Source of the DNA: a virus
Taxonomy: Duplodnaviria > Caudoviricetes
DNA: 30,207 bases
IMG/VR virus record: IMGVR_UViG_3300048882_000175
Location: 1 to 30,207 of that record
Reading direction: 5' to 3' (one strand)
Shown: positions 7,365-15,867 of the stretch, piece by piece
Layout: each line of letters opens with the position of its first letter
Numbering within the stretch: position 1 is the stretch's first letter
Notes under the pieces: model-generated
The model's input: the letters and a program-made list of their open reading frames with translations, nothing else
Database searches by the model: none
What the model was told of the DNA's origin: nothing
Position numbers and translations under genes: made by a program

Positions 7365-9055
7365 TAATATTTGAAACTATAACATATAAAAACTTTTTAG
7401 CCACAGGCAATAATGCAATAACAATTAATCTTAATAAGAATAAATCAACTCTTATTGTAGGACATAATGGGGCAGGTAAGTCAACTATTTTAGATGCATT
7501 ATCCTTTGCGTTATTTGGTAAGCCACATAGATCAGTATCAAAGGTTCAATTAATAAATTCAGTGAATGGTAAAAATGCTTTGGTTACTATATCATTTAAA
7601 ACGGCCGGACATAATTTTAAAATTGTTAGAGGTATTAAGCCAAACATATTTGAAATATATAAAAATGATGAGTTGATTGACCAGAGCTCTAATGCTAGAG
7701 ACTATCAAAAGTTCTTAGAACAAAACATACTTAAGCTTAATCATAAGTCTTTCCATCAAATTGTAGTATTAGGATCAAGCTCCTTTGTACCATTTATGGC
7801 ATTGCCACCTCAACACAGAAGAGAAGTAATTGAAGATTTATTAGACATTAATATCTTTTCTAAGATGAAGGGAATACTTAAAGAGAAATCTAGTGTAGTA
7901 AAGAGTCAATCTAAAGACCTAAGACTTCTTATCAATTCTGAAAAGGATAAAATAGTATATCAGAAAAAGCATATCGAACGTATAAAGGCTTTGAATAAAA
8001 CAGCCCAAGATCAAAGTGCAGAATCAATTGAATTATTGAATAAAGAAAAGCAAAGTTATATTGATAAAGGTACTGAAATATTAAAAGAGATTGAGTCAAC
8101 TCATTCGATGGATATTTTAAATTCAAAGTTGAAAAATGCCAATAGCACTAAGTCGAGTTTGATACTAAACACCGGCAAAGCCCAAAACCAAGTAAAGTCG
8201 TTAGTTAACGAGGCTAAGTTCTTTGAAGAGCATGAAAGTTGTCCAACGTGCCAACAACTTATATCATCTGCCCTTAAACTTCGGAAAATAAACGACGCAA
8301 AGGTTACAGCTAAAGGGCTAACCGCCGAGATACAGCTGCTTGAACTAAGTATGACCGATGTGTGTGATAACATTGCCACTTTAAGTAGCGACGTGAGTAG
8401 CCTTACCATGTTAAAGCAAGAGTTAAAAACTATTAAGGGAAACATTAAAAAGATTGAAGGCACTAATATCAATACCAATATAGTTGATTTAACTTCTGAT
8501 TATAAAGATCTTAAAAAGACACAGAATGCATTAGAAGATTATAGAGATCTAATGGATGAGTATAATGAAAAGGCTTTATACAATGAAGTGGCTCACGAGA
8601 TGTTAAAAGATACTGGTATCAGAACAAAGGTAGTTAAAGAATATTTACCAGCAATGAATATGTTAATTAACAAATATCTCCAAACACTTGAATTCTTTGT
8701 ATCATTTAATCTTACAGATAATTTTGATGAGATCATTAGAAGTAGACATAGAGATACATTTGTATATGCCAACTTCTCTGAAGGTGAGAAACAAAGAATT
8801 GATTTAAGCTTATTGTTTGCATGGAGACAAATAGCCAAAATGAAAAACTCCACCAACACTAATCTATTAATATTAGATGAAACATTTGACTCATCTTTAG
8901 ACACAGATGGTGTTGATAACCTAATGAAGATTTTATACTCCCTTGATGAAAATACAAACACTTTTGTCATATCTCATAAGCCAGACTTGTTAGAATCAAA
9001 GTTAGAATCAAAAATCCAATTCACCAAAATTAATAACTTCTCAAGTATATCATAA
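7361..9055 (+). CDS. gp46: Recombination ATPase gp46 (Rad50/SbcC-like)
   Basis: GHNGAGKST, coiled coil with CPTC zinc hook, FSEGEKQR signature, LILDE, ISH. Confidence 0.95.
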   Translation: MIIFETITYKNFLATGNNAITINLNKNKSTLIVGHNGAGKSTILDALSFALFGKPHRSVSKVQLINSVNGKNALVTISFKTAGHNFKIVRGIKPNIFEIYKNDELIDQSSNARDYQKFLEQNILKLNHKSFHQIVVLGSSSFVPFMALPPQHRREVIEDLLDINIFSKMKGILKEKSSVVKSQSKDLRLLINSEKDKIVYQKKHIERIKALNKTAQDQSAESIELLNKEKQSYIDKGTEILKEIESTHSMDILNSKLKNANSTKSSLILNTGKAQNQVKSLVNEAKFFEEHESCPTCQQLISSALKLRKINDAKVTAKGLTAEIQLLELSMTDVCDNIATLSSDVSSLTMLKQELKTIKGNIKKIEGTNINTNIVDLTSDYKDLKKTQNALEDYRDLMDEYNEKALYNEVAHEMLKDTGIRTKVVKEYLPAMNMLINKYLQTLEFFVSFNLTDNFDEIIRSRHRDTFVYANFSEGEKQRIDLSLLFAWRQIAKMKNSTNTNLLILDETFDSSLDTDGVDNLMKILYSLDENTNTFVISHKPDLLESKLESKIQFTKINNFSSIS

Positions 9056-9121
9056 GTATCCATTTAGGGATACCTAACACCCAAAACACTATATCCCTTT
9101 GGGGATACCTTTTCGTATCCC
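9056..9121. repeat. Cluster of alternating GTATCCC/GGGATAC inverted motifs (putative operator array)
   Basis: GTATCCATTTAGGGATAC (9056-9073), ATATCCCTTTGGGGATAC (9091-9108), then GTATCCC at 9115. Confidence 0.7.
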
Positions 9122-9193
9122 TATTTAGTTCGCATTTAGTTAACATATTTGAGCTAGTTATGTTATAATATACATATAAACAATAAAAAAGGA
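9115..9193 (+). repeat. 79-bp direct repeat, copy 1 (promoter + RBS cassette of the vWA gene)
   Basis: Identical by eye to 11300-11378; contains ATTTAGTT twice at 11-bp period, TGTTATAAT and AAGGA. Confidence 0.9.
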
Positions 9194-9202
9194 TGTTATA
9201 TT

Positions 9203-11275
9203 ATGAATTTCAAATCACAGGATTATTTAGCCAGATTATTAGCTAAAGAAAATTTAGATGTTATACATGGTAACTTTTCAACTGCATCATTCGATGTTGA
9301 GGGCCGTGTATTAAGATTACCATTATGGAAAGATAAAGGTAAAGCTGTTTATGACTTACTCGTAGGACATGAAGTTGGTCACGCCTTATATACACCAATC
9401 GATGGATGGCATGACTCTGAAAAAGTTATCCCAGGTGTCCCACGTGATATGATTAATATCATTGAAGACATTCGAATTGAAAAGAAAATTCAATCAACTT
9501 ACCCAGGCATTGTGAGAGCTTTTAAACAAGGTTATAAAGTTCTATTTGATGATAACCTATTTGGTACTGAAGGTAAAGATATTACAACATACAATTTTAT
9601 GGATAAATTAAATATTTATTCTAAAGGTAGAGGATATGTTGGTGTTGAATTTAACCCTACTGAAAAAATGTTTGTTGATTTAGCTATGGGTGTTGAAACT
9701 TGGGAAGATGTGCTTAAGGTATGTACCGAGATTAATGATTGGTTAAACAATAAAGAAGATTATGAAGATGATGAGGAACAAGAACCTCAAAACACTATTG
9801 GTGGAGATGAAAATGGAGACCAAGATGATGACGAAAAAACAACACAACAAAGCTCTAATGAGTCTAATCAAATGGATGAAAGTGGATCGGACACTGAATT
9901 AAATGAGGGTGATCCAATAGATGAAATTGACCCAGAGGAAAGCTTAACAGATAAAGCCCAAAGAGACAATGAAGGTGATTTATTGGAAAAAGATGAAGAT
10001 GGTAGACAACCTACTTATTCTTCAGGCATGTCCGATGATACGATTAATAAGCTAATCGTAACATATGATAAATTAAGAAAGGATAGATTAGAAATTGCCG
10101 GTGCATATATTCACCCAGAATTACCTGGCCTATATAAAATGATGTTGGACTCTGGTGTTACTAAAACAGTTAATCTTATGGCCAGAGAGTTTGAACGTAA
10201 AAAAGCTGCTTGGGAATACTCAAGGTCTACTGAAGCCAAAAAAGGTTCTTTGAATACTAATAAGCTTCACCAATATCAATACTCGGAAGATATTTTCTTA
10301 AGTGTCAATCGTTTGGCTCAAGCCAAGTCGCACGGTATGTTTATGTTAATTGATTTTTCTGGTTCGATGAATGGTATCCTTAAAGATGTTATTAAACAAA
10401 CAATTACTATTGCTTTATTTTGTAAAAAGGTTAACATTCCATTTGAGGCTTATTCATTCACCACTAGAGGTAACAACAAGGAAGTAAATCTTGGTGAAAA
10501 TGATATTGAAAATGTAACATCACTTAAATTGGTTAATATAATTTCATCTAGACTTAAGAAAAAAGATTTTAATGAATCATTAATGAATATATTTGCTATT
10601 GCTGAAGCTTCAGATTGGAGTTCACCTCTTAGATATTCTCACATGTCAAATTATGATCGTATGGGTGGAACACCTCTTGTACAAAGTCTTATTGCTTCAG
10701 AAAAAATCATTAATAAGTTTAGAGCCGAGACCGGAGTTCAAAATATGAATGTTATGATCTTGACTGATGGTATGGGTGATTCAATTAGAGTTAACAATGA
10801 ATACCGCACGGAAACATTTACTCAAAGAGATGGATTAAAAATTAAATTTGGAAATAAATTCATTGAAGGTAAAGACCGTGATGAGATACAATCCAACACA
10901 ATTAAATTGTTAGGTAAGCTTACAAATTCTAAGGTCCTTGGCTTCTTCCTTTGTGACGGTAAATATGATTTCAATAATGGATATAGTGTTACTAATATTG
11001 ATAGTTGGGGTGTAGGTAAGGATAGCAAAAAGGAAATTGCCCGTAAAAAATGGACCACCGAAGGTGTAATTACTTATAAAAATGTTGGTGGTTATGATGA
11101 ATATTTCATTGTTAAGGTTGGTGGTAAAAAGGTACCAACCGAATTTGAAGTTGTGGATAAAAAAGGTACCGGCATCGGAATCAAAGATATTAAACGTGAG
11201 TTTAGAAAATTCAATAAGAATGCTAAAAATTCTAAACAACTGGTTAATAAAATTACTGATGCTGTTGCAGCTTAG
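9203..11275 (+). CDS. vWA-domain protein with N-terminal HEXXH metallopeptidase-like domain (CobT-like partner of a MoxR AAA+)
   Basis: HEVGH and NIIEDIRIE, long acidic linker, MIDAS DFSGS, GGTPL and LTDG. Confidence 0.8.
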   Translation: MNFKSQDYLARLLAKENLDVIHGNFSTASFDVEGRVLRLPLWKDKGKAVYDLLVGHEVGHALYTPIDGWHDSEKVIPGVPRDMINIIEDIRIEKKIQSTYPGIVRAFKQGYKVLFDDNLFGTEGKDITTYNFMDKLNIYSKGRGYVGVEFNPTEKMFVDLAMGVETWEDVLKVCTEINDWLNNKEDYEDDEEQEPQNTIGGDENGDQDDDEKTTQQSSNESNQMDESGSDTELNEGDPIDEIDPEESLTDKAQRDNEGDLLEKDEDGRQPTYSSGMSDDTINKLIVTYDKLRKDRLEIAGAYIHPELPGLYKMMLDSGVTKTVNLMAREFERKKAAWEYSRSTEAKKGSLNTNKLHQYQYSEDIFLSVNRLAQAKSHGMFMLIDFSGSMNGILKDVIKQTITIALFCKKVNIPFEAYSFTTRGNNKEVNLGENDIENVTSLKLVNIISSRLKKKDFNESLMNIFAIAEASDWSSPLRYSHMSNYDRMGGTPLVQSLIASEKIINKFRAETGVQNMNVMILTDGMGDSIRVNNEYRTETFTQRDGLKIKFGNKFIEGKDRDEIQSNTIKLLGKLTNSKVLGFFLCDGKYDFNNGYSVTNIDSWGVGKDSKKEIARKKWTTEGVITYKNVGGYDEYFIVKVGGKKVPTEFEVVDKKGTGIGIKDIKREFRKFNKNAKNSKQLVNKITDAVAA

Positions 11276-11306
11276 GTATCCATTAAGGGATATAAAAATG
11301 TATCCC
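11276..11306. repeat. Second GTATCC-N6-GGATA palindrome plus GTATCCC half-site
   Basis: GTATCCATTAAGGGATAT (11276-11293), then GTATCCC at 11300; same 24-bp offset as 9091/9115. Confidence 0.7.
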
Positions 11307-11378
11307 TATTTAGTTCGCATTTAGTTAACATATTTGAGCTAGTTATGTTATAATATACATATAAACAATAAAAAAGGA
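11300..11378 (+). repeat. 79-bp direct repeat, copy 2 (promoter + RBS cassette of the AAA+ gene)
   Basis: Identical to 9115-9193. Confidence 0.9.
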
Positions 11379-11386
11379 AGTTAAAA

Positions 11387-12523
11387 ATGAATAAAAAAAT
11401 AATAGAACAATTACAAAATAAATACCCAGACAATACTGAATTTTTACCTAATCAGGTAATTGAAGCTGCTGCTGAAGTTGGAGTTGCCGAAACAGGAATC
11501 TATAAAGAAATGCAAAGTTTTCCTAAAGTCCGTAGAGGTGTTTATGATATGTCTGGTGTATTAACACCTTTCAAAGCTAAAGCTAATGTTGTAGAAAACA
11601 TTGGTGTTTCATCAGTTTCTAATGATGAAATTTATATACCTGAACAAGATAAAACATTTGTACAATGGGGAAACTTCTCTGATGTATTTAAAATTGTTAA
11701 ATCTCAAATGTTTTACCCTACATTTATTACTGGATTATCTGGTAACGGTAAAACGTTTATGGTTGAACAAGCCTGTGCGAAGGCCGGTAGAGAATATGTT
11801 AGGGTTCAAATCTCACCTGAAACGGATGAGGATGATTTAATTGGTGGCTTTAGACTACTGAATGGTGAAACAGTGTTCCAAAAAGGACCTGTGATTAAAG
11901 CTATGGAAGCTGGGGCTATTTTATTAATCGATGAGATTGATAGAGGAACAAATAAAATTATGTGTCTCCAAGGTGTCCTTGAAGGCAAACCAGTTCTAAT
12001 TAAAAAGACTGGTGAAGTAATCACACCTAAGACTGGATTCAATGTGTTGGCCACAGCCAATACTAAAGGTAAAGGTTCTGATGATGGTAGATTCACCGCG
12101 GCAACAATTCTTGATGAGGCATTCCTTGAAAGATTTACTATTACCGTTGAACAATCTTACCCAGCCCCAGTGACTGAAAAGAAAATTATCATGAAGCACA
12201 TGGAAAAATTTGAAGCTATTGATGAAGAATTTAAGGACCTATTAGTTGGATGGGCTGATACAATTAGACAAACATTTAAAGATGGTGGTGTTGATGAAGT
12301 TATTTCAACCCGTAGACTATGTCACATTGTTCAGACCTTCTCAATTTTTGGGAAACGTGATAAGGCAGTTTCATTATGTATTAATCGCTTTGATGAAGAT
12401 ACCAAAGAAGCCTTCCTTGATCTTTACACTAAGGTTGATGCAACCGTGACCGGTGTTGGTGAATATCCAAATGATACTTCAACAACTGAGTTTGAAGTTC
12501 CTTATGCTGATTACAAAATTTAA
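11387..12523 (+). CDS. MoxR/CobS-like AAA+ ATPase
   Basis: GLSGNGKT, ETDEDDLIGG, LLIDEID, ATANTKGKG, LDEAFLERF and ISTRRL, typical of the phage 'cobS'-like family. Confidence 0.88.
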   Translation: MNKKIIEQLQNKYPDNTEFLPNQVIEAAAEVGVAETGIYKEMQSFPKVRRGVYDMSGVLTPFKAKANVVENIGVSSVSNDEIYIPEQDKTFVQWGNFSDVFKIVKSQMFYPTFITGLSGNGKTFMVEQACAKAGREYVRVQISPETDEDDLIGGFRLLNGETVFQKGPVIKAMEAGAILLIDEIDRGTNKIMCLQGVLEGKPVLIKKTGEVITPKTGFNVLATANTKGKGSDDGRFTAATILDEAFLERFTITVEQSYPAPVTEKKIIMKHMEKFEAIDEEFKDLLVGWADTIRQTFKDGGVDEVISTRRLCHIVQTFSIFGKRDKAVSLCINRFDEDTKEAFLDLYTKVDATVTGVGEYPNDTSTTEFEVPYADYKI

Positions 12524-12545
12524 TTAAAAAATAAACGCATTTTTG

Positions 12546-12575
12546 GTTTACTTTTGACCGGAAATGTGTTATAAT
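12546..12575 (+). promoter_or_regulatory. Early/middle promoter
   Basis: GTTTAC-TTTTGACCGGAAATGTGT-TATAAT. Confidence 0.85.
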
Positions 12576-12583
12576 ATACATAT

Positions 12584-12886
12584 ATGGAAAAAATTAATTA
12601 CAAATATAACGAGGATAAAATCTTAAATGATTTTATTATTTATATAAATAAAACTTACAATCAACACTATTGTAGTGATGACGGTACTCAGTCTATGGAT
12701 CTTATTTCCGCGACTGGAAAAGGCTTAGATTTTTGTCTAGGCAATGTTATAAAATATGCTGCAAGATATGGCAAGAAGGCAGGTACTAATAGATCTGATC
12801 TTGTCAAGATTATGCACTATAGCTTATTAGCATTAAATGAGCATGATTTAAATAATGAAAAGGAGTTAGTGAATGAAACTAAGTAA
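12584..12886 (+). CDS. DUF3310-like protein (family related to T7 gp1.7 nucleotide kinase)
   Basis: HY...FCLGNVIKYAARYGKK...DLVKIMHY pattern. Confidence 0.65.
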   Translation: MEKINYKYNEDKILNDFIIYINKTYNQHYCSDDGTQSMDLISATGKGLDFCLGNVIKYAARYGKKAGTNRSDLVKIMHYSLLALNEHDLNNEKELVNETK

Positions 12887-13553
12887 TGAAACAATTGAAG
12901 TATTAAAAAGCTTCGCAGGCATCAATAGTAATATTGCATTTGGTGTGGAATCTAAAACGCTACGGTCAGTGGCTATTTCAAAAAATATTATGGGTAAGGC
13001 AACCATCACGGAGGACTTTCCTTATAAGTTTGGTATATATGACTTAAATCAATTTTTAAGTTGTGTGGGATTATTTAATGATCCTAATTTAGTTTTCTCT
13101 GATAATCAAAACTTTGTAACAATATCTGATAGTGGTTCATCAATTCAATACTTCTTTTCAGATATTGAGAATTTAGTTACTTCAGATAAGGATTTACAAA
13201 TGCCAGAATCCGAAGTTACATTCACTATTACTAATGATCAATTAAATGCCATTCGTAAAGCATCAGGTATTATTTCTGGTGATCATGTAATTGCAAATAA
13301 TAATAATGGTGTAATTAAGTTGACTGTTACAGATACAACAGATCCAACTTCAAATAAGTTTAGTTTAGATATTACAAATTGTAATATTAAAACAACAGAA
13401 CAATTTGATTTCATATTCAATGTGAATAGTTTCAAATTTAAAGAGGCCGGGGAATATGTTTTTGACATTTCGTCTAAAATGATCTCGGCGGTTAAAGCAG
13501 GTGATACCAATTACTGGATTGCCTTAGATAAAAATTCAAAATACGGAGTATAA
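12873..13553 (+). CDS. gp45: Sliding clamp gp45
   Basis: MKLSNETIEVLKSFAGINSNI, FGIYDLNQFL and C-terminal YWIAL; AGGAG upstream. Confidence 0.92.
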   Translation: MKLSNETIEVLKSFAGINSNIAFGVESKTLRSVAISKNIMGKATITEDFPYKFGIYDLNQFLSCVGLFNDPNLVFSDNQNFVTISDSGSSIQYFFSDIENLVTSDKDLQMPESEVTFTITNDQLNAIRKASGIISGDHVIANNNNGVIKLTVTDTTDPTSNKFSLDITNCNIKTTEQFDFIFNVNSFKFKEAGEYVFDISSKMISAVKAGDTNYWIALDKNSKYGV

Positions 13554-13554
13554 A

Positions 13555-13782
13555 ATGAGTGAAGAAAACCAAGTAGAAGATGCAACACAAGAGGTGCCAG
13601 GTATTGGCATGCAAGATATTGCAGCGTGTGTACAAATTATTGACATTGTAACTAAACGAGGCGCCTTTGAAGGTTCTGAATTAAGCGATGTTGGTACTGT
13701 TCGTAATCGATTGGCAGCATTCTTAGAAGCTAATAAACCAGCCGAGGATGAAGCGACTGAGGATGAAGCGACTACTGAGTAA
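13555..13782 (+). CDS. Small acidic conserved phage hypothetical protein
   Basis: GGAG RBS; IIDIVTKRGAFEGSELSDVG core. Confidence 0.7.
   Translation: MSEENQVEDATQEVPGIGMQDIAACVQIIDIVTKRGAFEGSELSDVGTVRNRLAAFLEANKPAEDEATEDEATTE
13744..13773 (+). repeat. 15-bp tandem duplication encoding EDEAT twice
   Basis: GAGGATGAAGCGACT x2 in the acidic tail of 13555..13782. Confidence 0.8.
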
Positions 13783-13789
13783 TAACAAT

Positions 13790-13866
13790 GCCCCTTTAGC
13801 TCAGTTGGTCAGAGCGTCCGACTCATAATCGGTAGGTCGTTAGTTCAAGTCTAACAAGGGGCACCA
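13790..13866 (+). tRNA. tRNA with CAT anticodon, most likely tRNA-Ile2 (lysidine type); elongator Met not excluded
   Basis: Cloverleaf: acceptor GCCCCTT/AAGGGGC, D arm GCTC/GAGC, loop CT-CAT-AA, T arm GTTAG-TTCAAGT-CTAAC, ACCA end. C4:G69 and C5:G68 match TilS determinants. Confidence 0.9.
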
Positions 13867-13867
13867 A

Positions 13868-13944
13868 GTCTCGGTAGCTCAATCGGATAGAGCAACGCCC
13901 TTCTAAGGCGTAGGTTAAAGGTTCAACTCCTTTCCGGGGCGCCA
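13868..13944 (+). tRNA. tRNA-Arg(TCT)
   Basis: Acceptor GTCTCGG/CCGGGGC, anticodon stem ACGCC/GGCGT, loop CT-TCT-AA, T arm AAAGG-TTCAACT-CCTTT, GCCA end. Confidence 0.93.
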
Positions 13945-13967
13945 AATTTAAAAATAGGAATTATATT

Positions 13968-14207
13968 ATGTTGGAAAGTGATTTAAAAGATATTAAAAGT
14001 GTCATGCAAACTGTATTGGATTCAATGATTAGAATTAATTCTGAAAAGGAATTCATCAAAGAAACAATTAATGCCTTGGCTGAAAAATATACATTAGATA
14101 AAAAGGTACTTAAAAAGGTAGCTTCTATTTTATATAAGTCAAACATGGCAGAAGTTCAAGCAAATAACAATGATGTTGAAGAACTTTATGAAGATTTAAC
14201 AAAATAA
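13968..14207 (+). CDS. dsbA: T4 DsbA-like double-stranded DNA-binding protein
   Basis: 79-aa helical protein with IKE...AEKYTLDKKVLKKVASILYKSN and ELYE pattern. Confidence 0.65.
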   Translation: MLESDLKDIKSVMQTVLDSMIRINSEKEFIKETINALAEKYTLDKKVLKKVASILYKSNMAEVQANNNDVEELYEDLTK

Positions 14208-14209
14208 TG

Positions 14210-14239
14210 GTTTACATTTGACCAGAAATATGTTATAAT
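14210..14239 (+). promoter_or_regulatory. Early/middle promoter for the gp44 operon
   Basis: GTTTAC-ATTTGACCAGAAATATGT-TATAAT. Confidence 0.85.
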
Positions 14240-14344
14240 AGTATTACAAGCACGGGCAAAAGTTATAACCTCCGCCTTTTAGCACTCCGGGAGTAGTGTG
14301 TGTGAATACTCCCCCTAATTTTAAAATTTACTATGGAGATATGA

Positions 14345-15277
14345 ATGAGAAAAGACTTCCTTTGGGTCGAGAAATATAGACCTGCCACCATTAATGAATG
14401 TATTTTAGATAATTCGTTAAAGAATACATTTAAAGAAATAATCAAAGGTGGCGAGCTTCCAAATATGATGTTCACAGGTACCGCAGGCGTAGGTAAAACT
14501 ACTGTGGCCAGAGCGCTTTGTAATGAATTGGAACTCGACCATATTATTATTAATGGTTCTGAGGATGGCAATATTGATACACTCCGTGGTAAAATCAAAC
14601 AGTTCGCTTCGACTGTTTCACTTCTGGGAGGATACAAAGTAGTTATATTGGATGAAGCTGACTATCTAAACCCCCAGTCTACTCAACCAGCTCTTCGTGG
14701 ATTCATTGAAGAGTTTAGTAATAATTGCAGGTTTATTCTAACCTGTAACTTCAAGAATAGGATTATCGAACCATTACATTCTCGATGTTCTGTTTATGAA
14801 TTTAATGTAGGTTCCAAAGCAACCCTTGCTGGTCAGTTTATGGAAAGGTTACAATATATCCTTACTAAGGAACAAGTAATCGCCGAGCCTGCCGTGTTAG
14901 CCGAATTGATAATGAAATACATTCCTGATTGGAGAAGAGTTATTAATGAGTGCCAACGATATGGCATATCTGGTACCATTGACTCAGGTATTCTTGTTAC
15001 ATTATCTGAAACATCCATTAAAGCACTAATGGCAGATCTTAAAAATAAAAACTTTAAAGGTATGCGTAAATGGGTAACCGATAATATTGATATGGAAAGT
15101 GCCAAACTATTTAGAATGATTTATGATAATATGTTAGATTATATAGATCCAAATTATATACCTCAATTGGTTATGACTTTGGCTGACTATTCTTATAAAG
15201 ATGCATTTGTTGCTGATCATGAACTAAACACAGTGGCATGTCTTACAGAAATTATGGCACAAGGACAATTTAAATAA
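14345..15277 (+). CDS. gp44: Clamp loader large subunit gp44
   Basis: LWVEKYRP, GTAGVGKTT, ILDEAD, SRC and PDWRR motifs. Confidence 0.95.
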   Translation: MRKDFLWVEKYRPATINECILDNSLKNTFKEIIKGGELPNMMFTGTAGVGKTTVARALCNELELDHIIINGSEDGNIDTLRGKIKQFASTVSLLGGYKVVILDEADYLNPQSTQPALRGFIEEFSNNCRFILTCNFKNRIIEPLHSRCSVYEFNVGSKATLAGQFMERLQYILTKEQVIAEPAVLAELIMKYIPDWRRVINECQRYGISGTIDSGILVTLSETSIKALMADLKNKNFKGMRKWVTDNIDMESAKLFRMIYDNMLDYIDPNYIPQLVMTLADYSYKDAFVADHELNTVACLTEIMAQGQFK

Positions 15278-15867
15278 TGAATGATTCTTTTATTTTTGAT
15301 TTTGAAACATTAGGAACTAATGTACAAACTCTTCCAGTACTATCAGTTGCTTGTTATGCATTTGATACTAATAGATTTAAGGATAATCCGTACACATTAA
15401 ATGAAATCATAACTGATGCTAAGTTTATGAAATTTGATGTCGCAGACCAAGTAAAGAACTATAATAGAATTATTAATCCTAGTACTCTTGAATGGTGGCA
15501 ATCTTTAGGTGATGAAATTGTTGAGGCAAATCTTAAACCATTAGCCTCAGACCATGAACTTAAAGATCTTAATCATTTATTCTTGGCTGAATATCCTAAT
15601 AATGCTTATGTATATACTAGAGGTAATACATTTGATCCTATGATTATTACAGCATTATGTAAACAACTTAATATTGTTGAACCATACCCTTGGTGGAAGG
15701 TTAGAGATATGAGATCATTAATTGATGGATTAACTTGGGGTTATGATGTGAGTACTATATTCATACCTGAAGGCATCGACGAGGAGACATTAAATTTGCA
15801 TGACCCAAGAACAGATATTGCTCTTGATGTTATTAGATTTCAATCAATCATTAGGTCAATAACATGA
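15277..15867 (+). CDS. dexA: DEDDh 3'-5' exonuclease (T4 DexA-like)
   Basis: DFETLG, TLEWW, RGNTFD, RDMRS and HDPRTDIALD motifs. Confidence 0.82.
   Translation: MNDSFIFDFETLGTNVQTLPVLSVACYAFDTNRFKDNPYTLNEIITDAKFMKFDVADQVKNYNRIINPSTLEWWQSLGDEIVEANLKPLASDHELKDLNHLFLAEYPNNAYVYTRGNTFDPMIITALCKQLNIVEPYPWWKVRDMRSLIDGLTWGYDVSTIFIPEGIDEETLNLHDPRTDIALDVIRFQSIIRSIT

Noticed and set aside
9056-9073. NtcA, CRP or DnaA box interpretation of the palindrome
   Set aside because: Spacing is GTA-N12-TAC rather than NtcA's GTA-N8-TAC, and the half-sites do not match TGTGA or TTATCCACA
9056-9121. GTATCC repeats as a mini-CRISPR array or IS ends
   Set aside because: The repeats are 7-18 bp with irregular short spacers, and there is no cas or transposase gene
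13790-13944. tRNAs as a prophage attachment site
   Set aside because: Phage core genes lie on both sides, and there is no integrase or duplicated tRNA 3' end in the window
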